64,000 bases of DNA from an uncultured Chloroflexia bacterium (lineage in GTDB: Bacteria > Chloroflexota > Anaerolineae > JAAYZQ01): contig CAVOXA010000001.1 of NCBI GenBank assembly GCA_963700285.1, positions 192,001 through 256,000 on the forward strand. Direction: 5' to 3'. Every line of letters begins with the position of its first letter. Positions within the stretch are counted from its first letter, which is position 1. This document shows positions 33,776 to 44,704 of the stretch, piece by piece. Below the pieces are notes generated by a model, which saw only the letters and a list, made by a program, of their open reading frames with translations, ran no database searches and was not told the DNA's origin. The translations under genes were made by a program, and so were the position numbers.

Positions 33776-35188
33776 CTACGACTCGCTCGGGGAGCAATCG
33801 AGAGGAATTCTCACCTCAAAACGGGTTCTTCCTGGCTGCGAGCTCACGTCAATCCTCCCCTGGTGTTTCTGTACAATGATATTGTGGCTGATATTTAGAC
33901 CCAGGCCGGTCCCTTTGCCGATTGGCTTGGTGGTGAAGAAGGGGTCAAACAGTTTCGGCAGTGCTTCCTCCGGAATGCCGGGGCCGTTGTCTTCAATTTC
34001 GACGATTACCCACTGGTCGTCGTATCGGCGTTCGCAAGGTGATCGTCACCATTACCGTTCATAGCATCGATCGCATTGTCAATGAGATTCGTCCAGACCT
34101 GGTTCAGCTCGCTGCCCCGGGCTTGGATGCGTGGTAGGTCGGGGGCATAATCGCGATGGACGGTAACGCCCGCTGAGCTTGCTGCGCAGGATGACCAGGG
34201 TACTGTCCAAACCTTCGTGGATGTCCACGGCCTGAATGGGCGCCTGATCCAGATAGGTGTATTCCTTGAGCGCTCTGACCAGTTCGGTGATACGCCCTGC
34301 GCCCTGGCCAATCTCCTCCAGCAGGCTGTACATGACGTACGTATAATTGAGCCAATCGATCACAGCCGGGAACTGGGTTGGTGTGAAACCCACCAGCAGT
34401 CCTGCCAGATCCTCTCGATCATAACCGAGATTCACCAGGGCCGGCGCCACTTCCCACGCGTCGGCGACGCCCAGCTCCTCCAGCCAGGTCTCCAGCTCAC
34501 TTTCATGGTCGCTGCGAGCAAGGGGATCCATCTGCGCGGGCTTCTTGGCTCTCTCTCGAACCGACTCGTCAAGCGCCAACAGCGATTCAAGCTGCGCATC
34601 GGTGAGATTCAACTCGCCCAATCTCAGATGGGTCTGCTGAAAATCCGAGACCGTTGCCTGCATCTGCGAGGCGCCGCGTTGGACTGCGGCCGCCGGGTTG
34701 TTCAGTTCGTGAGCCATTCCCGCACTGAGTTTGCCCAGCGTGGCCAGTTTTTCGCTCTGTCGCAGCATGACCTCCTGCTGCAGGTAGGCCTTTTCCAGGT
34801 CGCGAAGCTTTTTCTTCTGCAGGCTGGCGTTCAACCGTGCCTGCAGCAAAACGGGATTGAAAGGCTTGGGCAGGTAGTCCTCGGCGCCCATTTCGATGCA
34901 TCGCACCGCGCTGTCTATCTCATCCAGAGCAGAAATGACAATGACCGGGATGTCTCGCAGCTCGGGATCGCCCTTGACGATTTCCAGCACTTGGTAACCA
35001 TCCATCCCGGGCATGATGATGTCGAGAAGTACGACATCGTACGACCGGGCCTTGAGCATATCCAGCGCCTGTTGGCCATCTTCTGCCAGACTCACATCAT
35101 GGCCCTTGAGTTCGAGGCTGCGGGATAGCTTTATGCGGTTCATCCGGTTGTCATCGACGACCAGGATGTGACCTTGTTTCTCTGCCAT
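33776..35188 (-). CDS. Receiver-histidine kinase (REC-HisKA-HATPase), frameshifted near the 3' end
   Basis: ILVVDDN..LLDIIMP; GMAHELNNP; LNQVWTNLIDNA; DNGPGI, FFTTK, GTGLGL; stop at 33776-33778. Confidence 0.85.
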
Positions 35189-35220
35189 CGGACCTACTCC
35201 TTACAGAAACGGCGCAGCAG

Positions 35221-38200
35221 CTAGCCAGGAAGCTTGCCCTCGCGCCGCACAGCCACCAATGCCGCTTCTACTCTTCCATACTCGGTCGCGATCTGGGCTG
35301 CCAGGTCAGCAGTCTCATCCATCGTCCCCTCTTTACCCAACCTCTCCAATTCCTTACACAGGTTGGAGAAAGTGGCGGCGCCAAAGTCAGCGCCATTCGA
35401 CTTGAGACTGTGCGCCAGCCGGCGCACTCCGTCGGCATCTCTACTTTGGACGAACTGATCCAGATCGGAGAGGAGCTGGGGGGCATCTTCCAGAAAGGAG
35501 TCGATCAACTCCACCAGGTAGTCAAATTCTCCACCCAGCATCGACAACAAATCCCCCAATGCTGTAGGGTCAAGAACAGCCAGGTCAAGCGTGTAGGTAG
35601 CTGGAGAAGAAGCAGGGGCAAGGGCTTCCCCGGCTCCCCTCTCGACAAGCTCTGTCGAGCCAGCTCGGTCCAAGGCATCGGTGTGACTGCTATCCTCCCC
35701 CAGCCTATTGCTGGAGACAGTCTGTTCCATCGCCAGGCCGGCTTCCACAGGACGGCTCTTGCTCAGTGCCTCGACCAACTCTTCGATGCGAATGGGCTTG
35801 CTGACATAGTCATCCATCCCCGCCGCCAGGCACATCTCCCGATCTCCTTGCATCGCGTTGGCCGTCATGGCGATCACGCGGGGCTGCCGCCAGTCTGGCA
35901 GTTCACGACGGACGTGGCGCGTCGCTTCCAGCCCATCCATCTCGGGCATCTGAACATCCATCAGCACCACGTCATACGATTGGCGCTTGAGGGCGTCCAC
36001 CGCTTCAAGCCCATTGGCCACCACATCGGCGCGGTAGCCCATGCGCTCCAAAATACGCAGCGCCAGCTTCTGGTTGGTCGCATTGTCTTCAGCTAGCAGT
36101 ATGCGCAAAGGCAGATGTTGTCCCATGTGGGCATCAAATCGGGCCTTCTCCCCTGCCTCGCGGGGCCGTACGCGCGTGGGTTGCCCGGTAAAGATGCTGA
36201 CCAATGCGTCAAAGAGCGAGGATGGTTTGAGGGGCTTGATGAGAAAAGCAGCAAAACTCATCCATAGCCTCCTTGACCTCATTTCGCCCCAGGGAGGTCA
36301 GCATGATGAGCGGGATCTCGGAAATAGGCGAAGGTAGTTTGCGGATCTCTTGGGCCAGGGTCAGGCCATCCATCTCCGGCATCTGCATATCGAGAATGGC
36401 CACGTCAAAGGTGGCACCTCCCGGAGCCAGTCCAGCGCCTCCAGCGGCAAGGCTGCAGCCCTGGCTTCCATCTGCCACAACTCCACTTGCCGGGACAGGA
36501 TGCGCCGGTTGGTGGCGTTATCGTCCACGATGAGCACCCGCTTGTCATGGAGCGCGGGTTGTACTTCATCCAGATAGGCCCGGGGCGGTGCGGGCGCGGC
36601 CGTGGCCCGAATCGTAAAGTGGAAGGTTGAGCCCTGGCCAAATTCACTCTCTACCCACATCGTGCCGCCCATCATCTCACTCAGCCGCTTGCTGATGGCC
36701 AGACCCAGCCCAGTACCCCCGTAGCGACGTGTGGTTGAAACGTCTACCTGGCTGAAGGATTGGAAAAGGCGGTCCATCCGGTCCTCCGGAATACCGATTC
36801 CGGTATCCCGGACGGCAAAGTGCAGCGTGCGGGCGCCGGCCTCGGTGCCAGGCGCCGGACTCGAGACCTGCTCGCTGGAAACCGTGACCACGACTTCACC
36901 CTCGTCCGTGAACTTGACGGCGTTGCTGAGCAGATTGACGAGGATCTGGCGCAGGCGTGTGACATCGCCGACGATGGCCTCAGGCGTATCAGGTCGATCA
37001 GATAAGCCAGATCCAGACCCTTGTCCGCCGCCGTTGGAGCCAATAGATCGAGAGAGCTTTCCACGCACTCGCGAAGGTCGAATGGCATGGTTCTCCAGCT
37101 CCAGCCTGTCGGCTTCGATCTTGGAGAAATCGAGGATATCGTTGATGATGGTCAGCAGGGCCTCGCCACTGTAGCGGACGGTCTCAACAAAGTCACGCTG
37201 CTCAGGATCAAGCTCTGTATCCCGCAGCAGGCTGGTCATGCCGATGATGGCATTCATCGGCGTGCGGATTTCGTGGCTCATGTTGGCCAGGAAGGCGCTC
37301 TTGGCTTCGTTGGCAGCCACCGCAGCAGCCTGCGCCTCCTGCGCCTCCGCAAACAGCCGGGTATTCTCCATCGTTGTGGCCAAGAACGAGGCTATCTGCG
37401 TGAGCAGGCTCTCATCGCGCGCGCTATAAGAGTCCGGCTGTTCACTGCCAACGTTCAAGGTACCAAACGTGCGATCGCCGGTAGTCAGGGGTGCTGTCAT
37501 GGTGGCTCGCAAACCCTGTCCCGCCAACTGCTTGGCATCCAGCGCGTCGCTTTCCCGGATATCGCCCATCCTGATGGGCCGCGCCCTAAGGACCGTCTCA
37601 CCCGCCACAGTTCCTTCCAGGGGAATCTGCTTGCCCACGGGAATGACGCCTGCGGATCCCTGGAGGGCATAGACCTCCAAGCGATCCGCAGCCTCGCTGC
37701 CATTTGCTTTTACCAGCAGAGCCACACTCACACGGTCGGCGGGAATGATCTGAGGTGTAAAGATCGTGGCAGCACGAAGGATCTCGTCGTTGTTACCCGC
37801 CAGGCTCAACTCGTGGCCCATTTCGTTCAGCTTTGCCATCCGCCACGCCTGGTCCTCGGCCTCGGCAAGCCCGCGCAGGTTCTCGACAAAGAGACGCGCA
37901 TTCTCGATGGCCGAACTCAGGAGGGACGCCATCTGCATCCCCAGGCTCCGATGGTGGTCCGTAAAGCTCTGTCTATCGCAGAGAATATGTAGCGAACCAA
38001 TGGCTTGACCGCCAGCAGACAGAGGCACGATAATCCTGAAATCCCTTCCTGCGGGCACAATGTCGCCCTGGGCCGCAGAACGGACAATCACCTCGTTCTC
38101 GAGGAGAGCCCGCTCCAGGTCTGAGCCTGGCAGGGGCATGCTCGTACCGTGCCGGATCGCACCGGCTTTCCCCGCATCAAAGGTAATGGTCTCGACATGG

Positions 38201-39732
38201 TCTCGAGTTTCGTCAAAAAGAGTGACGTCGATCTGGTCACCGGGCAGGATGCGCGTGATCTTTTCGGCCGCAATGTCAAGGATCTCCTGCAGGTCGGTTG
38301 TCCGGCTGAGTTCTCCGCCCATCTCGCTGAGCAGGGCCAGTTGGCGAGCTTGTTCCTGCGTCTGGCTGAACAAGCGGGCATTGTCCAGTGCCAGGGACGC
38401 CAGCTGGGCAAAGCGACTCAGGAGTTCGACCTCGGCGTTGCCCACCGTCCGCTCAGACTCAACGCCATAGGCCATGCCAATGGCCCCCACCACATCGTCG
38501 CCTGATTTCAGCGGAACAGCCGCGACGGTCGTGATCCGATTGGGCCCGTAAATACGGGCGCGAGATTCCGAGGCGTCATAGTCAGTCACCACCATGGGCT
38601 TGCCCGTCATCCAAGCGCGACCCGATGCCCCATCGCCTCGTTTCAGGCGGACTCCGATCGTCTCGGCGAATACGCCAAAGCCCACCCTTTGCTCAAACTC
38701 ATCTTCCCCTGGCTCGAGCAGAAACATGAATCCGTGGGGCGTGCCCAAAAGCTGTCCGGCTCGAGCCACGATGTCCTGGAGCAACTCGCCCAGGTCCAAG
38801 CGGCCGATCAATCCCAGCGTGGTCGCATGGAGTGCAGCCAGATACTCGTTTTGCTGCTGGACAGCTGCTTGTGCCTGCTTGGCTTCGGTGATGTCAATGA
38901 CAAAACTTCGGATGTGTTCGCTGTTGGGGACGAGGTGCAGTACCTGCTGGTACCAGACGTCGCCGATCCGCACCTCGCGCAAGTGGGGCCGCTTCTCCTC
39001 GTGCAGGAGAGCAGCCACAGCCGGCAGATCCCGCAGAAGCGGGGACTGCAACCCCTCCTGGCGACACTTGGGAAAGTGTTCTTCAGCGGCGGGGTTCATG
39101 TAGTGCAGTACCCCGTCCAGATCCACTTCGATGATGGCCGCCGGGTTCAGCTCGGGAAAGGACGCCAGGCGGGCCAGTTCTTTGTTGGCCTCCTGAAGCA
39201 GTTGGGTCTGCTGCCAGCGGTCAATGGCCAGGGCCAGGTGCGTGGCAATTGCGATCGCCACCTTGAGGTCGTCGCCTTCGTAGCCACACTGTTTCGTCGT
39301 ACCGAAGGTGAGGGCGCCCAGTATTTTACCGTAAGCCTGCAGCGGCAGCGACAGGATGGTAGCCAGCGATCCGTCCCACAGCGCCGGATCTGCCGTCCCG
39401 GTGATCTCGTTTCGAGCGGCTTCCAGATCGTCGATCAGGCGCATCTGCCTGCTCTGCATCACAACGCCCGGAATGCCCTGCGCGAGGGGGACCGCCTGCT
39501 CCGCCACTGGAGGAACATTCCGGCGGGTCTCCAACAACGTCTGCATTTGGTACGCCTGGCCATCGCCGTCAAGCAGGGCCAGTGTACAGTGCTCAAAGTC
39601 GAGCACCCACTTGATCTGGCCAATGAGCCGTTTCAGCAGGATTTGCAGGTCGGCCGTCTGTGTGATCTCGAGCACGATATCGGAAAGCATGCCATAGCGT
39701 GCCGCCTGTACCTGCTTTTTCTCCTGTTCCAT
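35221..39732 (-). CDS. Soluble hybrid sensor kinase GAF-PAS-3xGAF-HisKA-HATPase-REC-REC-Hpt (frameshifted)
   Basis: [64 protein letters not shown]; no TM helices seen. Confidence 0.88.
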
Positions 39733-39736
39733 CGCC

Positions 39737-40309
39737 TCAGCGCCCCAACCCCTCGGCTATAACCGGCTCCACCGTGACCTTCAAGCTGTCAGCAAGGATG
39801 TCGAAGAAGGTGGCCATCGCAGCATTCACAGCGATGTCCACAATCTCCTCATCCGTGATGCCCAGGTCGCGCAGCCGCTCATAGTCCTCTGCGGCCACGT
39901 CCGCCGGACTGTGAGAAACCTTCAGGGCGAAGGCAATGATTGCCTGGATGCGCTTGGGCGACACATTGTCCAAGTCATTCACCAGCGCGCTCAACGTCTG
40001 GTCGTCAACCCCCAAAGTACGGCAGGAAAACTCGTTCTGGGCAGCGCAGTACTCGCAGTTCCGGGACTCGGCAACGACATAGAGGATCATGGCCTGCAGC
40101 GCCCTCGGCAGCGTTGTCTGCCGGACAAAGTTCCCATACAGTCCCCAGGCGGCTGCCCCAGAGGCCTGCGAGATCGCCAGCGTCGTCATCATGTTCGGTA
40201 CAAAGGGGATATTCAGGTCGCGCTTGATGTCAGCATAGATTTGGGCCACGCCCCCCGTGGCTTCTGCTTCCTCTACAGGCTGCAAATTGCTCTCAGGTAG
40301 ATATTTCAT
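39737..40309 (-). CDS. AhpD/carboxymuconolactone decarboxylase-like protein
   Basis: FVPN, CEYC motif, [10 protein letters not shown]. Confidence 0.8.
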   Translation of the reverse strand: MKYLPESNLQPVEEAEATGGVAQIYADIKRDLNIPFVPNMMTTLAISQASGAAAWGLYGNFVRQTTLPRALQAMILYVVAESRNCEYCAAQNEFSCRTLGVDDQTLSALVNDLDNVSPKRIQAIIAFALKVSHSPADVAAEDYERLRDLGITDEEIVDIAVNAAMATFFDILADSLKVTVEPVIAEGLGR

Positions 40310-40409
40310 GGTGTGCTATTTGTCTCCTTTTTCTCTCTGTTCCTAAATCCATGGTGGCGTCCAGCGCGCCACCCACAGCCCCTACCACTAATACTGCTTA
40401 TTAAAACTA

Positions 40410-40438
40410 ATTATATCATAGAAAATTTACATTGTCAA
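40410..40438 (-). promoter_or_regulatory. Consensus sigma70 promoter of the AhpD-kinase operon
   Basis: Minus strand TTGACA-17-TATAAT with TGn extension, in an AT-rich patch. Confidence 0.8.
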
Positions 40439-40551
40439 GTCGAGGCGGCAGGATGAAGGGCAATCTCACTTTTGCCATCGGAGAGGGATGTGTCATAGCC
40501 CTACAGGGGATCGGCTCTTCGGCCGGGCCGTGGAGTCAGGCTCGAAATGCC

Positions 40552-42636
40552 TTATGCCCTGTACACCTTGCACATGAGACCACGCAGGTTGGGCGACCCC
40601 ATGGCCGGATCGTGGGGTGGGGAACTGTCAGTGAGGTAGTTCAGGTTCGCCTCTTGCCAGCCATAGAGATCCGCAGGACCTCGCTCCGGGAACCACCAGC
40701 CATGGGCCACGATCACGACCCTGGGGTCCAGGTCGGCATTCAGCCGGAGCCTCTGTCTAATCCTGCCCCTGGGTGTCTCGATGTAGACCAGGTCGCCCTG
40801 CCTCAGACCCAGCCCTGCCGCAGTCTCCGGATTCAGTTCGGTGAGGGGCTCGGGCGAAAGCTTGCGCAGACCAGGGATGCTGCGATGGCTGGCCTGGTAA
40901 TAGACCGGGTTCTTGCAATTGGTAAGCACCAGCGGATACTCTTTGGCCAAATCCGGCGATCCAAAGGGCGTCTGCGGCGGCTCGTGGTAGGCTGGTAGCG
41001 GATCGAGCCCCAGGCTTGCCAGCCGTTGGGAAAAAAGCTCCACTTTGCCGGTGGGAGTTTGGAACCCTTCTTCCTCGTATTTCCGATAGCGGGTCTCCGG
41101 GGCACAGATACCCAGCGCCACAAGCTGGTCAAAGGTGATCCCGGCCGGCTGCAAGATGGCACCGAGGGCTGCGGAATCACTGTCCCAAAAGTACTGCCCA
41201 TAGCCCATCCTCTCGGCAATCCGGCCTATCCACTGTGCATCGGACAGGCAGGCGCCCGGCGGATCGACGATCTTGCGGTGCGCGGCGATACAGCCCTGGT
41301 TCTTGACCAGGGTATCATATTCAAGGTCGGCTGCAACAGGAAGCACGATGTCGGCCAGCTCGGCGGTTGGCGTCATGAACAGTTCAGCGACTACGAGAAA
41401 ATCCAGTTTCTCGAGGGCCTTGTACGTCGTGGCGGCATTGGCGTGCGTCAATAGCGGATTGCTGCCAAAGATCAAGGCTGCCTTGAGGGGATAAGGAACC
41501 TCCTCCAAGATGGCCCGGCTGGATTCCTGGCCGGGCACAATGCCCATCTCGGCCGCCAGCGTGTACTGGCTCCCAACCTGTCTTTTCAAGCGCTCTGGAG
41601 ATCTGTCCACCCGCGCGAAATCAGCGGCACTCAGCATGGGCAGCGGACTTGGAAAGACACCCCCACCGGGCACGTCGAGGTTGCCCGTGATGGCTTCAAG
41701 CATCACCAGGGCGCGGCAGGCCTGGAAAGCGTTGCTGGTCTGATCCAGGGCATTCCCCCACTGGATGGCAGCAGGCTTGGTCGCGGCATACAGGCGGGCA
41801 GCCTGTTGAATCTGTGCTTCCGGCACCCAAGTTCTCTCTGTGACCTCGCTGGGTGGATAGGCGGTCACGAATTCTCTCAACAGATCAAAGCCTACGGTCC
41901 ACTTGTCTACAAAGTCCTTGTCGTAGAGCTTCTCATCAATGATCACGTTCAGCATGCCCAGGGCCAGAAGCCCATCACTGCCGGGTCTTGGTTTCAGCCA
42001 GACATCAGCCCTGGACGCCAGGGAGATTTTTCTGGGATCGATGACAATGAACTTGGTGCCCTGATCAAAGGCGGCCCGGAACCGGGCCGGTGGCCCATCG
42101 CTGCAGTTCTGGAGTGAATTTCTGCCCCAGATCATGAGACACTTGGGGGGATGGTCATAGTCTGGGTAGGCCCGATGGCCGCAGGTATACTTGGCGGCCA
42201 TCGTCCTGGGCGCGTGACAGCCATCGTCGGTACTGACGGTATTGGGGGTTCCCAGGACACTGGCCAACCTCCGGATAAAGTGCCGCTCCATCCCCTTGAG
42301 CGCTCCCTCGTACAGCAGAATAGACTCGGCACCGAAATGCTCAATGTGCGCCTGAAGCTTCCCGGAAATGGTATCCAGCGCCTCATCCACCGAAATCACT
42401 TGCCACTTTCCGCTGCCCTTCCCACCGATCCGTTTCAGGGGTGACGTCAAGCGCTGGGGATGGTTGAGCAACTCGGGCAGCGCCCGCCCCTTGGGGCAGA
42501 TGTAGCCCTCATTGAAAGGACAATCCGGATTGCCCCGAACAGCAGCCACCTTCCCATCTACGACATCCACCAGGATGCCACAGGAGCCGCCGCAGAGCCG
42601 GGAACAATAGGTCTCTATCACCTCAGGCACCCGCAA
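40552..42636 (-). CDS. Mo/W-bisPGD oxidoreductase catalytic subunit (resembles the acetylene hydratase-like group)
   Basis: N-terminal C-x3-C-x3-C...C Fe-S motif, RLTSPLKR, IDPR, ITGNLDVPGG, ADIVLP, TPTGKVE, molydop-binding C-terminus; start uncertain. Confidence 0.87.
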   Translation of the reverse strand: MRVPEVIETYCSRLCGGSCGILVDVVDGKVAAVRGNPDCPFNEGYICPKGRALPELLNHPQRLTSPLKRIGGKGSGKWQVISVDEALDTISGKLQAHIEHFGAESILLYEGALKGMERHFIRRLASVLGTPNTVSTDDGCHAPRTMAAKYTCGHRAYPDYDHPPKCLMIWGRNSLQNCSDGPPARFRAAFDQGTKFIVIDPRKISLASRADVWLKPRPGSDGLLALGMLNVIIDEKLYDKDFVDKWTVGFDLLREFVTAYPPSEVTERTWVPEAQIQQAARLYAATKPAAIQWGNALDQTSNAFQACRALVMLEAITGNLDVPGGGVFPSPLPMLSAADFARVDRSPERLKRQVGSQYTLAAEMGIVPGQESSRAILEEVPYPLKAALIFGSNPLLTHANAATTYKALEKLDFLVVAELFMTPTAELADIVLPVAADLEYDTLVKNQGCIAAHRKIVDPPGACLSDAQWIGRIAERMGYGQYFWDSDSAALGAILQPAGITFDQLVALGICAPETRYRKYEEEGFQTPTGKVELFSQRLASLGLDPLPAYHEPPQTPFGSPDLAKEYPLVLTNCKNPVYYQASHRSIPGLRKLSPEPLTELNPETAAGLGLRQGDLVYIETPRGRIRQRLRLNADLDPRVVIVAHGWWFPERGPADLYGWQEANLNYLTDSSPPHDPAMGSPNLRGLMCKVYRA

Positions 42637-43319
42637 GCCTCAGTTCCATGTTGGCGCATGATATACACCCTCAGAATGAACAGCCATCGAAGTCGAGCGT
42701 CCGCGTCGGTCAGCAGCTACCCTAATCGGTATGCACCAACACCTTGTTTCGACCGCAGTGAGAGCGCTGGCCGGCCACAACACCCTCGTCAAAGAATCCC
42801 AAAAGCCCCTCATCTCGCTCGATTCTTTCATACTCTGCCACGACAAAAAGCCTGCTTCCGCATTTGCAGCGCGGTCTCCCTTCGCGCAATGGCTTTCTGT
42901 GAGCTCCCGTGAAACGCAAGATACGTTCTGAGCCGCCACACTCAGAGCATCGGCCCAGAACCTCGCCCTTAAAATTACCTTTGCGAGAACCGGTGTGGTG
43001 CACAATGGTGAGATCAAAAGGCACCAAGCCACAAGTCTGGCACCTCGAGAGAGAAAAGGTGTGATAGTCATCGGGGTAACGGTGAGCGGCAATGCGCTTT
43101 CTGGCAAACGCCTCCAGATTTGAGAGAAATTGGGCTATTCATCTACAGATGCCTCCGCAAGTAGCTACATCATATCATAGGAGACAAGTATCCCAAAGTA
43201 GGACCAGCAACAAAGAATACGAGGAGATTAGACATCACCACGGGATAGTCAGGGGTTGATTGACCGTCCATGGAGGATCGATCTGCAAATAGAGGCAGGG
43301 TGAACCTATGTCAGCGAAA

Positions 43320-43830
43320 CAGCTTGCTGGGGAAAGAAGGAAGAAGCTAGATTGGGTGGGCCAACTCGAGGACTTGCTTGTCCTTGAGCGTGAAATTGGT
43401 GATCCAGCGGTACTCCTGGCGGGTTTTGCCCTGCAGACCGGTGAGAAAGGTGAAATGGTTTTCAGGTGTAAGCGGCAGAAGCGATTCGAACTCGTTGTGC
43501 ACAAAAGGGATATCTCCGTCTTTGTGCACGATCATGAACTTCCAGTTGTTCTCCTCACAAATGCTCATGGTCGGGCCGCCGGCAAAGAGCGAGTCCAAGC
43601 TCAGGCAGATGGGCAAGCGGGGAAATTCTGCTTTGAGCCGCTCGGCCAGGCGATAGCGATACAGGACCTTCTTCCGAATCAAGGTCCTGATCAGAGCCGT
43701 GACAACCGCTTGCACCTGGTCGGGGTTCAGTCGACCAAAAGCCACGTTGAGAGTGTCACCGTGGGGACAGGTATCCGTACCGAACAGGGCCTGAAACTTG
43801 GCTATTGGGTTCAGGCATCGCACTGTTCAT
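43320..43830 (-). mobile_element. Degraded DDE transposase remnant (ISNCY/ISAs1-like) with internal deletion
   Basis: PHGDTLN...LIRKKVL, RLKAEFPRLPICLSLDSLFAGGP, KDGDIP, WITN segments. Confidence 0.65.
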
Positions 43831-44092
43831 GCTCGACATCGGCACCTCTTCTTGCAGAACGTTCTGGGTACGGCCTACTTGAGGATACTCCAAAACGGTT
43901 GCGAGTGTGAAAAAGATGCGAAGGCCAAGCGTGGGCTCCTGAAAAAAGACAATCGCTGTCCCAGGGCAGGGCAGAGACAGAGTTTACCAAAAGAAATGGG
44001 TAGAAGCAGCAAGATAAAGGCCTCCGTGCCAGGGAGGAAGACTCGGTACTCAGGGAAAGGAAAGTGAGTTTGCGCGAAAAGTTCGCGCTGAT

Positions 44093-44313
44093 ATTGACGG
44101 CAAGGCGATTCTAACCCGGGGTGCCAAGGCTCTGTAAGGGAGCCAACCACGTTGTACGACAGATAGTAGCGATCAGTACCTACTGCCCCGGATATTGGGG
44201 GCAGGAGGAAGCGCTCGCTCTCTGCGTCGCAGGCAATCTGGGAATCCACATCGACGGCGGGGGTTCTGTGCGAAAAATGGGGTATTCTTCATTGCTGAAC
44301 CGCCTCCGTCAAT
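44093..44313. repeat. Three related ~17-20 bp repeats, two direct and one inverted; possible IS-end remnants
   Basis: ATTGACGGCAAGGCGATTC (44093), ATCGACGGCGGGGGTTC (44250), GAACCGCCTCCGTCAAT (44297-44313). Confidence 0.5.
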
Positions 44314-44314
44314 G

Positions 44315-44343
44315 TTGACAGCATTTTGCAATTCGTGTATAAT
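44315..44343 (+). promoter_or_regulatory. Consensus sigma70 promoter
   Basis: TTGACA-17-TATAAT. Confidence 0.85.
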
Positions 44344-44349
44344 GTATAG

Positions 44350-44662
44350 GCTCCTGTGTTCCAAGAGATCAGACAGGCTGGTCGTAGGCTGCCTGGCCGT
44401 CCAGGCCTCGATGCGGTGGCGAAGTGAGCCTCGTACCGTGAATGGAGGTGGCGGCTCAAGAAGCGCTCTGAGGATGTTGAATCCGGCCTCGGGTAGGCGG
44501 AAACGTTAGCGCCTCATGGACCGGTGTGCAGATCTGACGAGGGTGCCAGGTACAGCCAACGCCGCAGGTTTTTTGCGGCTGGCTGGTGTGGCAGCTGATG
44601 GTAGGTGGGACTCGGCTTCTCTCCTGAAAGGAGCTTTGCAAGCAGCCGAGTTTTCTCTTGTT
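44350..44662 (+). ncRNA. Candidate structured ncRNA or long rpsA leader (family not recognised)
   Basis: Lies between the consensus promoter and a terminator-like CTCGGCT...AGCCGAG-TTTT hairpin; several nested helices; no convincing ORF. Confidence 0.55.
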
Positions 44663-44704
44663 TGACAGGCGCTCACTTTTGTATGTGAGGAGATATTGGT
44701 ATTT

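Noticed and set aside
40552-42636. Calling the Mo/W enzyme acetylene hydratase, or a selenocysteine formate dehydrogenase
   Set aside because: The catalytic Asp position is Gly, there is no in-frame TGA, and no formate dehydrogenase partner genes are adjacent.
42640-43300. Short ORFs between the Mo enzyme and the transposase remnant
   Set aside because: No recognisable motif, RBS or codon bias; probably decayed sequence.
44468-44541. Hammerhead ribozyme (CTGAGGA, GAAAC and CTGACGA are present)
   Set aside because: Stems I-III cannot be formed around the cores with the required closing pair and cleavage triplet.
44350-44662. RNase P, SRP, tmRNA, 6S or T-box identity for the candidate RNA
   Set aside because: Only short scattered similarities; no GAGGAAAGTCC, no CAGG-CC-GGAA-GG-AGCAG core, no tRNA-like ends, no simple rod with central bubble, and an imperfect T-box sequence. 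An Rfam search is still needed.
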